64,000 nt of DNA, taken from positions 33,418,001 through 33,482,000 of the forward strand of contig NC_043005.1 in assembly GCF_006345805.1 (NCBI RefSeq). Direction: 5' to 3'. Source of the DNA: Octopus sinensis. Taxonomy: Eukaryota. The notes beneath the pieces are model-generated. The model was not told where the DNA came from, ran no database searches, and saw only the letters and a list, made by a program, of their open reading frames with translations. Shown here piece by piece: positions 37,131 to 51,039 of the stretch. The position numbers and the translations under genes were made by a program. Positions within the stretch are counted from its first letter, which is position 1, and each line of letters opens with the position of its first letter.

Positions 37131-37636
37131 ATGAGGTGTGTTCAAAAAGGAATCTGACTTAATTTTTTCCTGCCAAAACTAATGCTGCATGGGCAAAGTC
37201 CTTTGGGTGGAAAGTGACACTACCCTTCCTGCATGCATGTGAAAATTTTCATAACTTAGTCAGTTCCCAGCTGTTACATCTAGATGTAACAGATGTGCAG
37301 TGCATACTTATTGGATTTTCATTTTCACTGAATGCATCAAGTTTTGTCAAAAGCTTGTGATACTCAAGACCATCCTCACTGGTGATAAGACATGGGTTTA
37401 TGGTGTCTGCTTGATGTGTTTGGTCACCTAACATGAAAATGAAAATCTGATGAGCACATACTACACGTCTGTGTACTCAAGGTGCATTCAAGGCATAAGA
37501 GCTGGGAACTGACAAAGCCTACCAGTGCAAAATTTTCACACATGTGCAAGAACGGCGGTTCACCTTCCACACAAAATTTTGGCCATGTGACATTAGTTTT
37601 GGTCAGAAAAAATAAAGTTGGATAGTTTTTGAATGC
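37131..37636. mobile_element. Mariner-type MITE with about 80-bp imperfect TIRs
   Basis: Left gtgttcaaaaaggaatctgacttaatttttt..ccaaaactaatg..gtggaaagtg. The right end 37560-37636 is its approximate reverse complement. Inserted at a (TA)n run. Confidence 0.75.
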
Positions 37637-38713
37637 AAACACACACACACACTACATGGATATGAGGTCATCAACTAAACAATATATGTTGATGAGAGAG
37701 AGACAATGAAAATTTGTACATCTAACAGAAATTATGAATAAAATATTTTTATTTGTAAACAATGAATATGATCTCTAGTTTAAAGCTATTTCAATACAAA
37801 ATCCTGTCATAAAGAGAGAAAAATAGTCCAACTGTAATGGAGATGTAATTTCTAACCAATGAAGCTCTTAACTTATTGTTCTTAGCCATTAACTACACAC
37901 ATCAAAATCTTATCTACTTCATTTTATATTTTTTTGTTTTGTAGTTAAACAAAACATGAAAAAGAAAGATGGCAGTGGCCTATTAATAAATAATGAGACC
38001 ATGCATATACTTCAATACTTCTTTATTTTCATGTCTTTTCTTTTGATAGTTGAGCTACCAACTCCTCACAGTGGACCATGTCAGAAAAGCAGCTAATAAC
38101 TGACTAATGTGTTAATAAAATTTCTAAAATAGAATAAGTTTGTTTGTTGAGAAGTGAATTCTGTTGTTTGGGGAAAGGTCTTTCTTGGAAGATATGAGAA
38201 ATGTATCCCTTACTTATACACACACATATACTCCCAAACATATTTAGCTAACACACACCTAAAGGTATTTTAAAGAGAAAAAAATTTCTTCTTCAAAGAA
38301 AGATCAAAATTCACCTTTCTTTACAACCCACAAATTTATTCTAATTCATAACTTTTACCAACAAGTTTTTGCAGTCAAGCAAACACTATCTTACTTCAAT
38401 TCTATTTATATTTGTTTATTATTTGGAACATTTTCTATCCATTGCTCTTTAAATTTCAACTGATCCGTTTTGAAATTTAAAATTTTAAAAATAATAAATG
38501 ACATTTTTTAAGGATCCTACATTAAAACAAACTCCAGGAAACAGTTCCTTCAATTTTGACAATTCCTTAACAGGTTACCTAACCTATTTAAAGTACAGAT
38601 GCTTTCAATAATTATTTGTACACTATTGACACTTTTTCATTACACTTGTAATTTAATCTCAGTTTAGTGAAGTATTGTATGTAGTATTAGTTGGAGCATG
38701 ACAAGCAAGTACA

Positions 38714-41700
38714 ATAGAAAGGTGATTTGAGAACAATGTACTTTTTACCTATATTTACTTTAAATAAATGACCTCAGGATTTCATACAGTGACAAATATT
38801 TTAGTGATCACAATAAAGAGAATGTCACAATGTCATTCTTTCAATGGACCATACTTGTTTTCTTCAATTCCAGTCTTTCAAGAATATACTCAATTCTTTC
38901 AATTTGAATTTTGTGATAAATGAACAAACACCTTGTCAAACACTAACGTGTTTATAGAAAAAGAAAAAGTGTTTAAAATAGCCATCTGTGTGTTATACTT
39001 AGTGTAAATACACTGCAAAAAAAGCAAATTTACTGCAGTACTTATCTTGAGAAAATATCATTTCCTATGAACATACTCATCATCATCATCATCATCATTT
39101 AACGTCCGTTTTCCACGCTAGCACGGGTTGGACGGTTCGACCGGGGTCTGGGAAGCCAGGGGCTGCTCCAGGCTCCAGTCTGATCGTGTTTAAAAACATG
39201 ATATATATCAAAGGCAGGCAAACAATGTCCTAGCATCAAGTGGTGAGAATGCTACATACATTGCTGTCTCATTGGATTTGTTAGTAGCATGTACTCACAG
39301 CCTACTGCACACTAAATTGAAATTTGTCACCACTGATATAGGAAAACAGTTATTAGACAACCACTGGAATGACAAAAAGTTGCCCAGCTGAATAAAAATC
39401 CATTATATGCAATAAAAACAGTATTAGACAAGAATAGCCATCTGTCTATCATAATGTAAATACATTGTGAAAAGAGTTTCGTTATATTCACATACAGTGA
39501 AAGGCTAATGTAATGGTTTGTTATTTCCTGTTAGTGTGCTATACTTAAATATTCAAATTATTTCAACTCTTTGAAATTCAATATATTTTTAAATGTCATA
39601 CAAAACTTCTTTGACATATCACAGAGAGTTATTAGATTTTAACAACTTTCATCTCCCTTCATTCTTCCTTAGCATGAATGGGATAGCTTTTGTGATCTGA
39701 AAATATATATTTCCACAAAAGATGCTCTTGTGACAATTAACCACTTCACTGTGAATTAGAAAAAGTACTTGATAATTAGTCAGTTAAAATAAAGCCAACA
39801 GAGTGTTGCGTCTTTTCCAGTATCACAACCCTGTAGCTGTAGCATTAATGTGTGGAACATACCCATATAATCAGTAGTGGCAATGGTAGTGATAAGTATA
39901 ATTTCATTGCTGAGAATCAGGGACCATAGACACATGCACTATTTCCCTCCATCAATTCCTGCCTCTGGCCAGAGATTTAGTTCATTCTTTGATGTCATCC
40001 AACCAGAATCTTTTTGATCTCCACCTTTCATTTCCCCATTTTCCCTCTACAATGTGGGAGTGGGGTCAAGATTCTGGGCCCTGATGACATACCTAAAATA
40101 CTGCAGCTTTCTCTTCCTGGTAGTTACCATAAATTCTCTTTCTGATTCCATTTCTTCAAGTACTAACTTGTTTGTTCCATGGCCAATCCAGCTGATCCTC
40201 AATACTCTTCAATAGCACATTGTTTCAAACGTTTTGAGCTTGGAAGCATTGTTTGCTCTTAAGGTATAACTTTTACATCCATACAGTAAAACAGTCCAAA
40301 CTCATGTCAATTGGCCATTAATGTAACATCTGCTACCCAACACAATACTACAATTGGCCAAGGTACCACATACGAGTCACACCAAGAAGCAAATTTCTTG
40401 ATCATAATGTTATGCTTGCATTAATGTTTAAATTAGTAAAGATAATTCCATTCAATTTTATTAAGATACAAATTAGAAATATTTGGTTGAAAAGAATAAA
40501 TCTTACAGCAAATTACTAATTCTATCCTTTTTGATGCCAACCAGCCAGAGACTGCCCTGAGTTCTATGATACAAACTTCTTGTTTTAAAGTGAAAATCTT
40601 ACACCAAAATTCCATGTTCCAAACACAAGCTTAATAATGACAAAGTGATATTACTAAAGCCCTTAATGTTTCTAAAATTAATTGTATATACCAACAGAAA
40701 TATAGTAACAAAAGGGTTAAATGCCTCCTCTTCCGGCTCTTAGCTATTTCTTTAAATATATGTGGTTATTATTATATCTGACGATTAATCAGATCACAGT
40801 ATGAAATACAAGCTTGCCTTTAACAATCTAAGGATAATCTTGGACATCGTAAAAACATTGGAAACTATAAAATATAAGAGTAATATTTTAAAGCATTATA
40901 TAAATGTGGTGACAAAATGTTGGAAAATTCAACACTTCAAGTTTTCATAAACAACTCTTTGAATAATTCTATTTTAATTATGTTCATGCAGGTATTGGTC
41001 CAAGCAGAGGACTTAATAAACTAAAACACATTTTTTCAATCAATACATTTTTCTAGTATATGCAGTACAATTCCTAATAAAGAAAAGAAGACTGATAAAC
41101 ATTAGCATTATTTCACTACACAAAATAATGTCCCAAAATTTTAAGCCTTCTGCCTATAGTAGAAAATATTATCATTATTATTAAGATTGCAGAATTGTTA
41201 ACATGCTGGGCAAATTGCCCGGAGGCATATCATCCATCTTTATGTTCTGAGTTCGAATTCCACCAAAGTCAACTTTGCTTTCATTCTTTTAGGGTCAATA
41301 AAATAAATACCAGTCAAGCACTGGTGTCAATGTAATCAACTAGACCCCTTCACCAAAATTTCAGGCCTTGTGCCTGTTGTAGAAAGGACTATAATTATTA
41401 TAACAGCTAAGTATCAGCAGATTTTTTTAGCCTCTCTTTGTTCCAGAATACCAATAACAAATATTACATCACTTTCATAGAAAGGTGATTTGAGAACAAT
41501 GTACTTTTTACCTATATTTACTTTAAATAAATGACCTCAGGATTTCATACAGTGACAAATATTTTAGTGATCACAATAAAGAGAATGTCACAATGTCATT
41601 CTTTCAATGGACCATACTTGTTTTCTTCAATTCCAGTCTTTCAAGAATATACTCAATTCTTTCAATTTGAATTTTGTGATAAATGAACAAACACCTTGTC
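38714..41700. repeat. Apparently identical 224-bp direct repeat (38714-38937 and 41477-41700)
   Basis: atagaaaggtgatttgagaacaatg...gaacaaacaccttgtc reads the same in both places; the flanks are unrelated. Confidence 0.93.
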
Positions 41701-42640
41701 GAATAGACCTACATTAGAATGAATCAAACAGATCTCTGACAAATGTACATGAAGAACAAGGAACAAACATAATGGTACACAAAAACAAACACTCATGTTG
41801 CTCAACCTTTCCTGCTTTCAAGAGGGTTGGTTAGGGGTAACTATAAAACACCGCTACAATTGAATTAATCCAAATGTTTCATGAGGAAATTGCAACTTAG
41901 GTAATATTCTGAAAGAAATGTATCGTAGATATTTCCTTGAATATTTCAGTGTTCCCCAAAATTCTGTGAAAAAATGTTGGGATTTACCAACTGTCTTTTA
42001 TAATTTAAAAAATATTTTGCATCAGCATGGCTGCAGCTCTGTGCTGAAACTACAGAAAAAAAAAAATGATATTTACCATTTCCCAAATATTAAGTTATTT
42101 TATATTGTTTTTTTTTTTATGTATTAATTCTTTCTTTAAATGTCTCATTAAAACAAAGGTGGTGGCAGGTAGTCTGTAAACTACAGATATGGGTTCCATC
42201 TGTTCAAAATATCATATACACGTTCCATGATAAAATAAGTTTAGGAATCAGAGCACAATTCAGTCAGAGTCAGTACTATTAGTTTATTACCAGTCATTTT
42301 CATCACATTTTGTTGTCAACAATGAATTTTCTGGAATTTTGTTTTATGCAACAACAATTATACAGTAAAGGAATTTGTAATTCATGTAGAATGAATAGAA
42401 ATGGCACCAACCATTTCAAGATGTCATTAAAACTTTCAAAAGTGATTGGCATGTTGGTAATGAACCAACCAGAGAATGACTCCAGTTATTTGCATTGTTA
42501 TAAACTGAACAATGCAAACTCTGTTCTGTACACAATTTGTTGCTTTTATTTTTACATTAAACCATCATGTTAATTTGAGCGAGATGAAGGTTTGGTTGTG
42601 CAAATTTCCATAAATCCAAAAATGGCCAGGAAAATGGTGT

Positions 42641-42869
42641 TTAACCCTTTCAATACCAACCTGGCTGAAACCACCTCTGACTTTGTGGTACAAATGTCTT
42701 GTTTTTATAAGTTTTGAATTAAAATCTTCCACCAAACCTTAGTCACAATTTATGTTCTTAACACCAGCTTAATGATAATGAATTTATTTTATTAAATTCT
42801 TTGTTATATTAAAATTAATTAAAAGAAACACAGAGTATCTCAGCAGAAATATGATAACAAAAGGGTTAA
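42641..42869. mobile_element. piggyBac-type MITE (TTAA|CCCTTT...AAAGGG|TTAA)
   Basis: TTAA target duplication and short TIRs. Related copies at about 36045-36262, 40520-40720, 62740-62939. A second family with the same termini occurs at about 34543-35101 (with a nested SINE) and 61174-61390. Confidence 0.8.
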
Positions 42870-43199
42870 ATCTAGATGATAGCCTTCCTACAGTTCTAAC
42901 AATTCGACTGAAAAATGGAATTGAGAAATTGGCAAACAAAGTGTACTTTGTCTCCTGTGAGCACAGCGGAAAGGCTGTAACAAAGTACAAATGTATTTAT
43001 AAGTTACCATTTCAACTGTGTGGAAAATAATGGTGCAACAAACATAGCTTGGCTCAGATCTATAGTCACACATTCACATCTTGACACAATAACATCACAT
43101 CAATTTTGACAATATGTGTGTGTGTGTGCATGTTATTGTTATTAAGCTAGTACATGCTAATTTAACTAGCAGCAATCTTATCTAGAGGTTTGGTGACAA

Positions 43200-44020
43200 G
43201 TCCCTTCAAATCTCAAGAATCATCCTTGGGAATCTGGCAGAATATAAGACTGTTTTCCTGCACGTTGATAATCCAAGTTTCAATTCCAGCCTCTTTCAAT
43301 CTTTTAGGTAGCACTTTTGGTGTTTGTGTCAAGTGCATCAGTTACCACAGGAATAATTGTTATCTTAGTTTCCAACAGTCTAGATCCTGATATTTCTCAA
43401 GTTTTTCAATTTCTTTGATATCAACTGCTATCATAGGGAATTGCAAAATATGATCTTACACTGTTTGTTTTGTCTTCTATAATCATATCTAGTCTTGTTT
43501 CAATAATATGGTCAGATCCTGTAATTCACATTTTCTATCACAGCTGCCAGTTCATGTTCATACAAAGTTCCTGTTATTTTGAAGCCACACACTCAGCTAA
43601 CATCCCAATGCACAATCATGTCTGTGCTTATACCCACTCACCCCTTCTGTACTAGCAGACTGCACTTGCTCAAGAAGTGACTGATACTTTTGTCACCTTT
43701 CCTGCAGATTCTACATTTGCTGTCTAGATTATGTCAATCTTTACCTTTATCAGATCTGTTCTATTGGCTTGTTCCTGAGGAGCTATAATTAGTGTTTTGG
43801 GCTCTCATTTCATGTCCCCATCCATCAACTAGAGACAAACTTGGTATGTTGCATGAAATGGCCATGTAATTCCATTTCTTTGTTTGCTTAATCTATTGTT
43901 CTTCCTTTTTGTGTTTGAATTCTCCAACTGTTTAAGTCACTTTATGGGTATCTGGCTGCTGACAGCATTCTTACTTTACTCTGCCCAACACAATTTTTCA
44001 AACCCAATATAACTGTATTA
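43200..44020 (-). mobile_element. R4/Dong-like (restriction-like endonuclease) non-LTR retrotransposon, C-terminal remnant
   Basis: Manual translation gives LIIAPQEQ, CRICRKGDKSISHFLSKC (CCHC knuckle), YKHRHD, R(P>L)DMII..FAIPYD..KEIEKLEKYQDL, a PD-(D/E)xK-type endonuclease region. Confidence 0.68.
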
Positions 44021-47000
44021 ATAATGTTTTCTGCATTCAGTAATTTTCTACCGTCTTTTTTCTTAGTAGTTACTATTATTATTATTATTATTATTATTAT
44101 ATTATTATTATTATTATGGTGAACTGGCACATTGGACAAAATGCTTAATGTTATTCTTCTAGCTTTCATCCTTTTGGGGTTGCTAAAAGTACCAACCAAG
44201 TACAGGGAGTTAATGTAAATGACTTATCCCTTCCCCTCTAAAATTGCTGGCCTTGTACCAAAATCTGAGAGTAATATAATTATGAATCAGTAGAAGGAAG
44301 TTACAAAGTGATTCAGGAGCAAAGGTTTTGTGCATGACACATGGATAAGTGCCATGCAGGAAACTCTTTGTAACATCTGCCAATAAAAATAACGAAACAT
44401 ATAGTATTATATTGCGTTCTATCAGTTTTGTTGGTGTGTGTGTGTCTGTGCGCACACGCATGGTTGTGCCTGTGTGTGTGTGTTTTTTTTTTTGCAGATA
44501 GAGGCATGAGAAAAATTGCACAACTAAACTAGAGACTCTTTTACTGGTTCCAGACACCGTGCTCTGGTTACACTGCAGCACTGTCATCAAACTGTTCAAA
44601 TTATGAGATGTCAACTTTACCATGCAACAGACTAGACTGATAACATATTTATGGTGGTGGGCCTGCATCTTACTTGCTAATGTTTATGAGACTAATTCCA
44701 TGCCAAAGGATTGGTAGGAGGAGTATTACTTGATTATGATGAGTGGTTTTATAATGTAGGAAGAGATTTTAATAGAAATCATCATTTAATGTCTGTTTTC
44801 CATGCTGGCATGGGTTGGATGATTTGACAGGAGCTGGTAAGGCAAGGGGTAGCACTAGGCTCCATTGTCTGTTTAGGCATGTTTCTATGGCTGGATTGCC
44901 TTCTTAATGCCAAACACTGTACAGAGTGTATGGATGCTTTCTACATGGCATCATCACTGGTACTTTTTACATGACATCAGTGCTGACAGACTTGTCAGGC
45001 ACCCCCTGCCTCCAGATGGGAGGTGGGGCTTTGTGCCAGTTGATGAAAGATTAAAAGTGTAGAGGGACAGGGGTACGTGTCCTAAAAAAAAAAGAACAAG
45101 TTAGAGAGAAAGATAAAGAGAGCAAAAATGAGAGGGACAGTGGTGAAGATGTGTTGGGACATACCCTCGAGGGGCACTGGGGTGGTGAGAATAAGTGGGG
45201 TGATGCAGAGGTTTGGACTAATTGGGTGGGCAGGGTAGGGGCAACTGAGGCAAACAAGGGAGTGAAATATAGGAGAGGCTCAGGAGTGGGGATTGTAGTA
45301 GGTATATGGGGGCATTGAAGTTAATAGCAGATAAGCGAGGTGTTAAAGATGGAGAACAACATGGGAGAGAAGACACAAATAAGCATTAGCCAAGGTGGTT
45401 TAGGATATCAATTCTGCTGTGGTGGACAGGTCTTCACAAGTACAGCAAGGTGCCAGAGACCTTGATCCTTTGTCATCTCCTTTGTAAGACTCAGTGTCTT
45501 CAGATCAGCTTTCATCCCATGTCTTCCTGGGTCTCCCTCTCCCATGAGTTCTCCACTTTCAAGTCAATGACACTTCTTTATATAACCATACACATCACAT
45601 GACAAAACTAGCAGTCTTCTCTCTTGTACACTGCATATAATTCCTCTTATGCATAACTTTTCTCTCAATACACTGGTGCTCTGTCACACACATTCACTGA
45701 CATTGCATATCCAGTGCATTCAAGGCCCACATCTCACTACCATGTAGCATTGCTGTTCATATACATGCATCATAGAATTTTCCTTTAACTTGGAGAGAGA
45801 GCCCATTGGTTGCCAACAGAAGTAAAAGCTTTCAGAATTTTCTCCATCCTATTCTTATTATAATGATTACACTTTCTGTAGATCCTCATGCAATTATCAT
45901 CTCTAAAACAGAATAAAATTCCATTCCCTAGGAGAGAACTTACACATATTTATGGCCTTGCTTAAATCAATTAGTCAAATATAAAAAAAATAGTAATAAA
46001 GAAAGAAGCTAAAATCAAAAGCATCCAATAATTGAAGAAATAAAATAAAATTGTTGAAATAATTTCAGTTTGGATTAGTCTCAGACATTGCATTACAATG
46101 AGATTGTCCGTTATTTTCAGTGGAAGTGTCTAAAAAGTTTCACCAAGTGAGCAAACTATGAAGTTACATTGGAATACAGTATTGGACGATAGTCTAAACT
46201 CAGATGATTACTGTCTGGCTGTCAAATTTGTACTATTATGTAAAAGAGTTGAGCATAGATCAAGGCTTGTTTACATTTAATAGTCTTCAACTACTACTAT
46301 GGCTCAGAATCTTGGAAAGGAGAGTTAAGTGGATTGTAAACAAGTTGTTCAGTAACAATGAAATGAGTTAATTCAATCCTAATCTGAAGCTGCTGAAAAG
46401 GCCATCATGGAGCCTAATTTCACCACTTGACTAAATACACTTAGATGGGATTCCTTATATATTCAACAATAGTTGACAGTACTTTGAGTAATGTTAGGGT
46501 AAAGGAAAATAACCAAAAAAATTCTGATGGTGCTAACTGGTTGCCACCAACAACTAAACACTAACTGCTCTTTTTTGTACTGACAGAAATAATCGTCTCT
46601 CCAGAATTTCATACAACAATAAACAGTCTGGTTCCTAGTTAAAATTATGTCTAGAAAACTGGGCAAGAATAAGAATAAACAAAGAGAATTAGAAAGCAAG
46701 CCAGAATAATTTACATTAAAAAATTCTAGATTTCAAAGAGATAAATGTTGGCAAAATTGTCACTTTAAGATTGAGGTATGTTAGAGTGTGATGAAGACAA
46801 ATAGTTAAATGAAAGGCTTTGATTAAAAGATTACTATATAAGATGCAGACAGCCAACCAGTTAACTAGACCATGAAAACTGGCAGATACAGACTAGTAGA
46901 CAGAGAGTAAACAAGGCTTGGCAGATAGAAAAACTGGATATGGTCGAGTAAGTGACTTATGTGGTATTTTACATTGGATCACACAAACAGAGCTTGCTAT

Positions 47001-49078
47001 TTCCTAAATAGCATATCCAGACAAGAAGTCATTACATCCATAAAACACAATAAACTTGAGGATTTATTAAAATCCCACTGCAAATAATACTCCAGGTCTC
47101 TAAAGATAAAACCACTTTAATCCAACCCAAGTTAAATGTGGTCTTCTTCAAGATTGCACCTGATAAGTAAAACGGTTTGCTGACACACAAATCCAAATAT
47201 CAGGCAATACTTATTTCTTAATTGGTTCAATTGAAACAGGTACTGAACTGATTAGAAACCATTGTATGTGGGGGAAGGAGGGAGTGTAATCAAGAGACAA
47301 ACACTTTAAACATTCAGCCTTTAATTCTTAATGTCATCATCATCATCATCATTGTTTTCATGTCTTCTTTTCCATGCCTGCATGAATTCAGAATTTACTG
47401 AGGCAAATCTTCTGCAGCCCTTCCCATTGCTAATCTAACACCCATTTTCAGGTAAGTGATATTTCTCATGGCCAGACATGCTTTTGTAGAATGTTAGAAA
47501 TGAATGACACAGCTGGTATGACAGTAACACTCAAAAGCATCACATGATACTAAGACAAGAAAACTCACATGTGCATGTGTGATGCACGTCTTCCAGTTTT
47601 TGTCTCCTAAATCCACTCATAAGGACTTAGTTGGCCAGAGCTATAAGTAGAAGACACATGCCTAAGATGCCACTGAGTGGTACCTTGAAACCATGTGGCT
47701 GGAAAGCAAACTTTTTAACCACACAGCCACGCCTATTCTTGCAGCTAAGAAAACATTTGTGTGTGTATTCCTACGTCTGGTATATGTTTATGGGAGAGAA
47801 AGAAACTTCCAAAATATGCTGAGTTGTATGGAGATCCCTTGAAGACATAGAGAAAACTAGCTTTGCAAATCCTATTGTCCACCCCAAAGGGAATTCAATT
47901 TCAACTCAGCACTACAAGTTGCAGAAAAAAAGTAAAAAAACTTGTATAAGTATACAATACTCTTGCTGTTCACAGACATGTTTGGAAAATAGTGGAAATA
48001 CACTTAGTATGTATCATCATCACCACCACCACCACTACTACCACATCTTCATCAACATTTTGATTTCCACTTTTCCACATTTGCAGAGATCAGGTAAAAC
48101 TTGCTGAGACTGATTTTTCTACTGCAGATACTCTTGCTTGCACATCAACACAAAAGGAATACACATACATATGCCACCCCACCATACAATGAAGCTATTT
48201 CTATCAACCACATTTCACTCACAAGACAATGATCAATATGAACCTATAGTAAAAGATAGCAGTGACCATGCAGTAGACAAATGAACTCAGAACCGCCTGG
48301 TACCAAGCAAACTTTGTAATTACATGACCAAAGGATCTGAAACTATTGCATCTCACTGCAAGTAATACTCCATGTCCCTAAAGATAAGACCATGTTAATC
48401 TTGCATTTAGAAATATGGAAGAGATTTCTTTAAATTAGGGTAGTTGTGTTTTAATCCAATTCTTTATCCATTGAAAGGAAACATAGATCATGTTGGTTTC
48501 AGTGATGACCACTTAATTGCTCAATCAACAAAACCACCTATTTATTAAATCACCACACACACACACATATACTATTCCACAGACACTTTAATGTAATTGT
48601 GAGGGAGAATGAATGTGAAACAGTAATGACAATATATGAATTACAGGTACAATCCTTTTGTTGGGCTGTCTAATTTTTGTTTACAAAGTTTGGCTTTGAT
48701 GTGAACCTATGGTAAAAACTCTTGCCCAAGATATCAGGTGGTAGGATCCAAACCCAGAACCTCATCATTGACAAAGAGACTTTTTAACCACTCAGCCTTG
48801 CCTGCAACTCTTAGGAGAATTTATACCACCAACAACCAGTTCTCATGATAAATGACTGTGTAAGAAAGAGAAAAGGTAAGAATATACAAGTGAAAATTTG
48901 GAAGAAGAGAGTACAAGAAGGTATGTAGGAAAGAGTGAGCTACCAAATGAGAAAAGCAAAACAGTGTGGGAATTAATGTACATATTCTCTTCTATTTATA
49001 AACTTACTCTTCCACATTTCCTTTTTCAAGTTACTGAAATAACAATAGTTAAATTTGGCTTGTTAAATGAATACTTAC

Positions 49079-49297
49079 CAGTGTGTTCAGCCCATTTTAC
49101 AAACAAATTGGCATCATTTGGTGTCCAGTTTTGGCTAGAACCATGCTTCCAAGGAATGCGGAAGATTTTCTTCTTTTTATCAATCCAATGCAAGCCTGGA
49201 ATGTCTCCAACATTCAGAAGTCTACTCAACCAGGGTCGCATACGTTCACGTTCCACAGGACGTACTCCTCTCCGTTTAACAGCTGGTTTGGCAATCT
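49079..49297 (-). CDS. IRF1/2-like: IRF1/IRF2-like transcription factor, first visible coding exon (N-terminal half of the IRF DNA-binding domain)
   Basis: Translates ..IAKPAVKRRGVRPVERERMRPWLSRLLNVGDIPGLHWIDKKKKIFRIPWKHGSSQNWTPNDANLFVKWAEHTG, matching the IRF2 start (MPVERMRMRPWL...PGL.W..K.KKIF.IPW.H...W....LF..WA.HTG). Acceptor ttttatttgacttacag|, donor G|gtaagt, 219 nt, phase 1-1. First in-frame ATG is at 49241. Confidence 0.96.
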
Positions 49298-50216
49298 CTG
49301 TAAGTCAAATAAAAATTGTTAAAGAGACTGTTGTAAACATTCACTTCAGAGCTGCCTGTTTTTACATTCTGATATAGAATGGACAGATGCTGAGATTAAT
49401 CTTAACACACAAAGATGTATTGTAACAGTTACCAAAGTCTTATTCCTCTATAAGATATTCTAAATTTCCAAGTTCCAACCTACAAACATTCTACTCCCAA
49501 CACTCCACAGACTCCCTTCCACCACCCCCACATCTAATGTCTGCCCACCTGAGCACTCAGGTTATGAAGTCAATCATTTCTCATGAATAAATCAAACATT
49601 TAAACATTTGCTTCAGTTATCAAAGATCAGAAACTATTATGCGTTCACTTGACCTGCTTGAAATAGTAACCAAATCTCCTGCTACTATCTTAAAAAGGAA
49701 AAGACACAATAGAGACACACATGGTCAGGGCCTACATTAATGACTTGCAGCTAAGCAACAGAAGCTATCAATGTTAACAACTTGTTGTCATGGTGCCGTT
49801 ATAATAGGGTACCACTGCCTTATGTCTTGTGTCAAGGCACAAACAAATAATTAATACTTTGAGGAAAAGATTATGATTCTGCTGGAGATGAGAAATTCAA
49901 GATCTGTTAAGTGATTTCAAATTTCGATAAGGTTGTAGCTTGTAAAGTCTAAATCATAGAACTGCAAATTCTTAATGTTTGAATTGCAGGAGCTGAAACA
50001 TGAATAAAAGAATGCAATAATTTAAGAGCCTGAAAACAACCTAAAAACATGACACATTTGCTGTGATTTTACATCAAAAAACCAATACAAAATCTTCTAG
50101 TATGTTAAAAAAAAAAAAAACCAAAATATCAGATTAAATGTCTTTATACAATCTATTGTAACCAAAGCTTACACTGAAATGTTCTGAATTCCACTAATAC
50201 ATTTTAACCAAAGGAT

Positions 50217-50337
50217 GGCTAGAGGGAGAGGAAATGGGTCACAGAGAAAGGAGAATAAGAAGAGCTAGAGGGAGAGAAAATGGAGCCACAGAGGAAGGAG
50301 AGAAAGAGAGGCTAGAAGGAAAGGAAGTGGGATCACA
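50217..50337. repeat. Purine-rich minisatellite, about 46-bp unit, about 2.6 copies
   Basis: ggctagagggagaggaaatgggtcacagagaaaggagaataagaaga repeated with substitutions. Confidence 0.75.
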
Positions 50338-51039
50338 AGTGAAAGAATTCAATAGACACAACTAAAGAGTTGTGAAGATTTGTTCAGCATAAAGTCCAAT
50401 ACTTAAGTCTCTGCCATAATAATAAAAGTAATCCTTTCTACAATAGGCATAAAGCCTGAAATTTGGGGGAAGGAGGCTAGATGATTACATCAACTCTAAT
50501 ATTCAACAGGTACTCACTGGATGAAAGGCAAAATTGACCTTGACAGAATTTGAACTCAGAACACAGAGACAGACAAAATGCCGATTACCATTCTGTCAGG
50601 TGTGCAAACAATTCTATGCCTGCTGACTACCACCAATATTAATTGTTTCTAATTTTATCATAAGGGTAGAAATTTTAAGAAGATGATATACCAACCTCAC
50701 TGCTTAACTGGTAAATTATTTTATCAACTGTGAAAAGGTGAAAAGCAAAATTGATTTCAGTGGGATCTGAACTTAGAATGCTAAGTGCCAGAAGAAATGC
50801 TGCTAAGCATGTGGCCTAATGTGCTAACAATCTTGCCAGTTTGCTGCCTTAATAATAATCCTTTCTACTAAAGGCACAGTGCCTGAAATTTTGTGGGAGG
50901 GGACAGTTGATTAGATCAACTCCAGTGTTCAACTGGTACTTAATTTATCAACCCCAAAAGGATGAAACACGAATTCGACAACTGGAATTTGAAGTAAGAT
51001 CGGAGCAACCAACAGTAATAATAACGGTTTCTTTACTAA

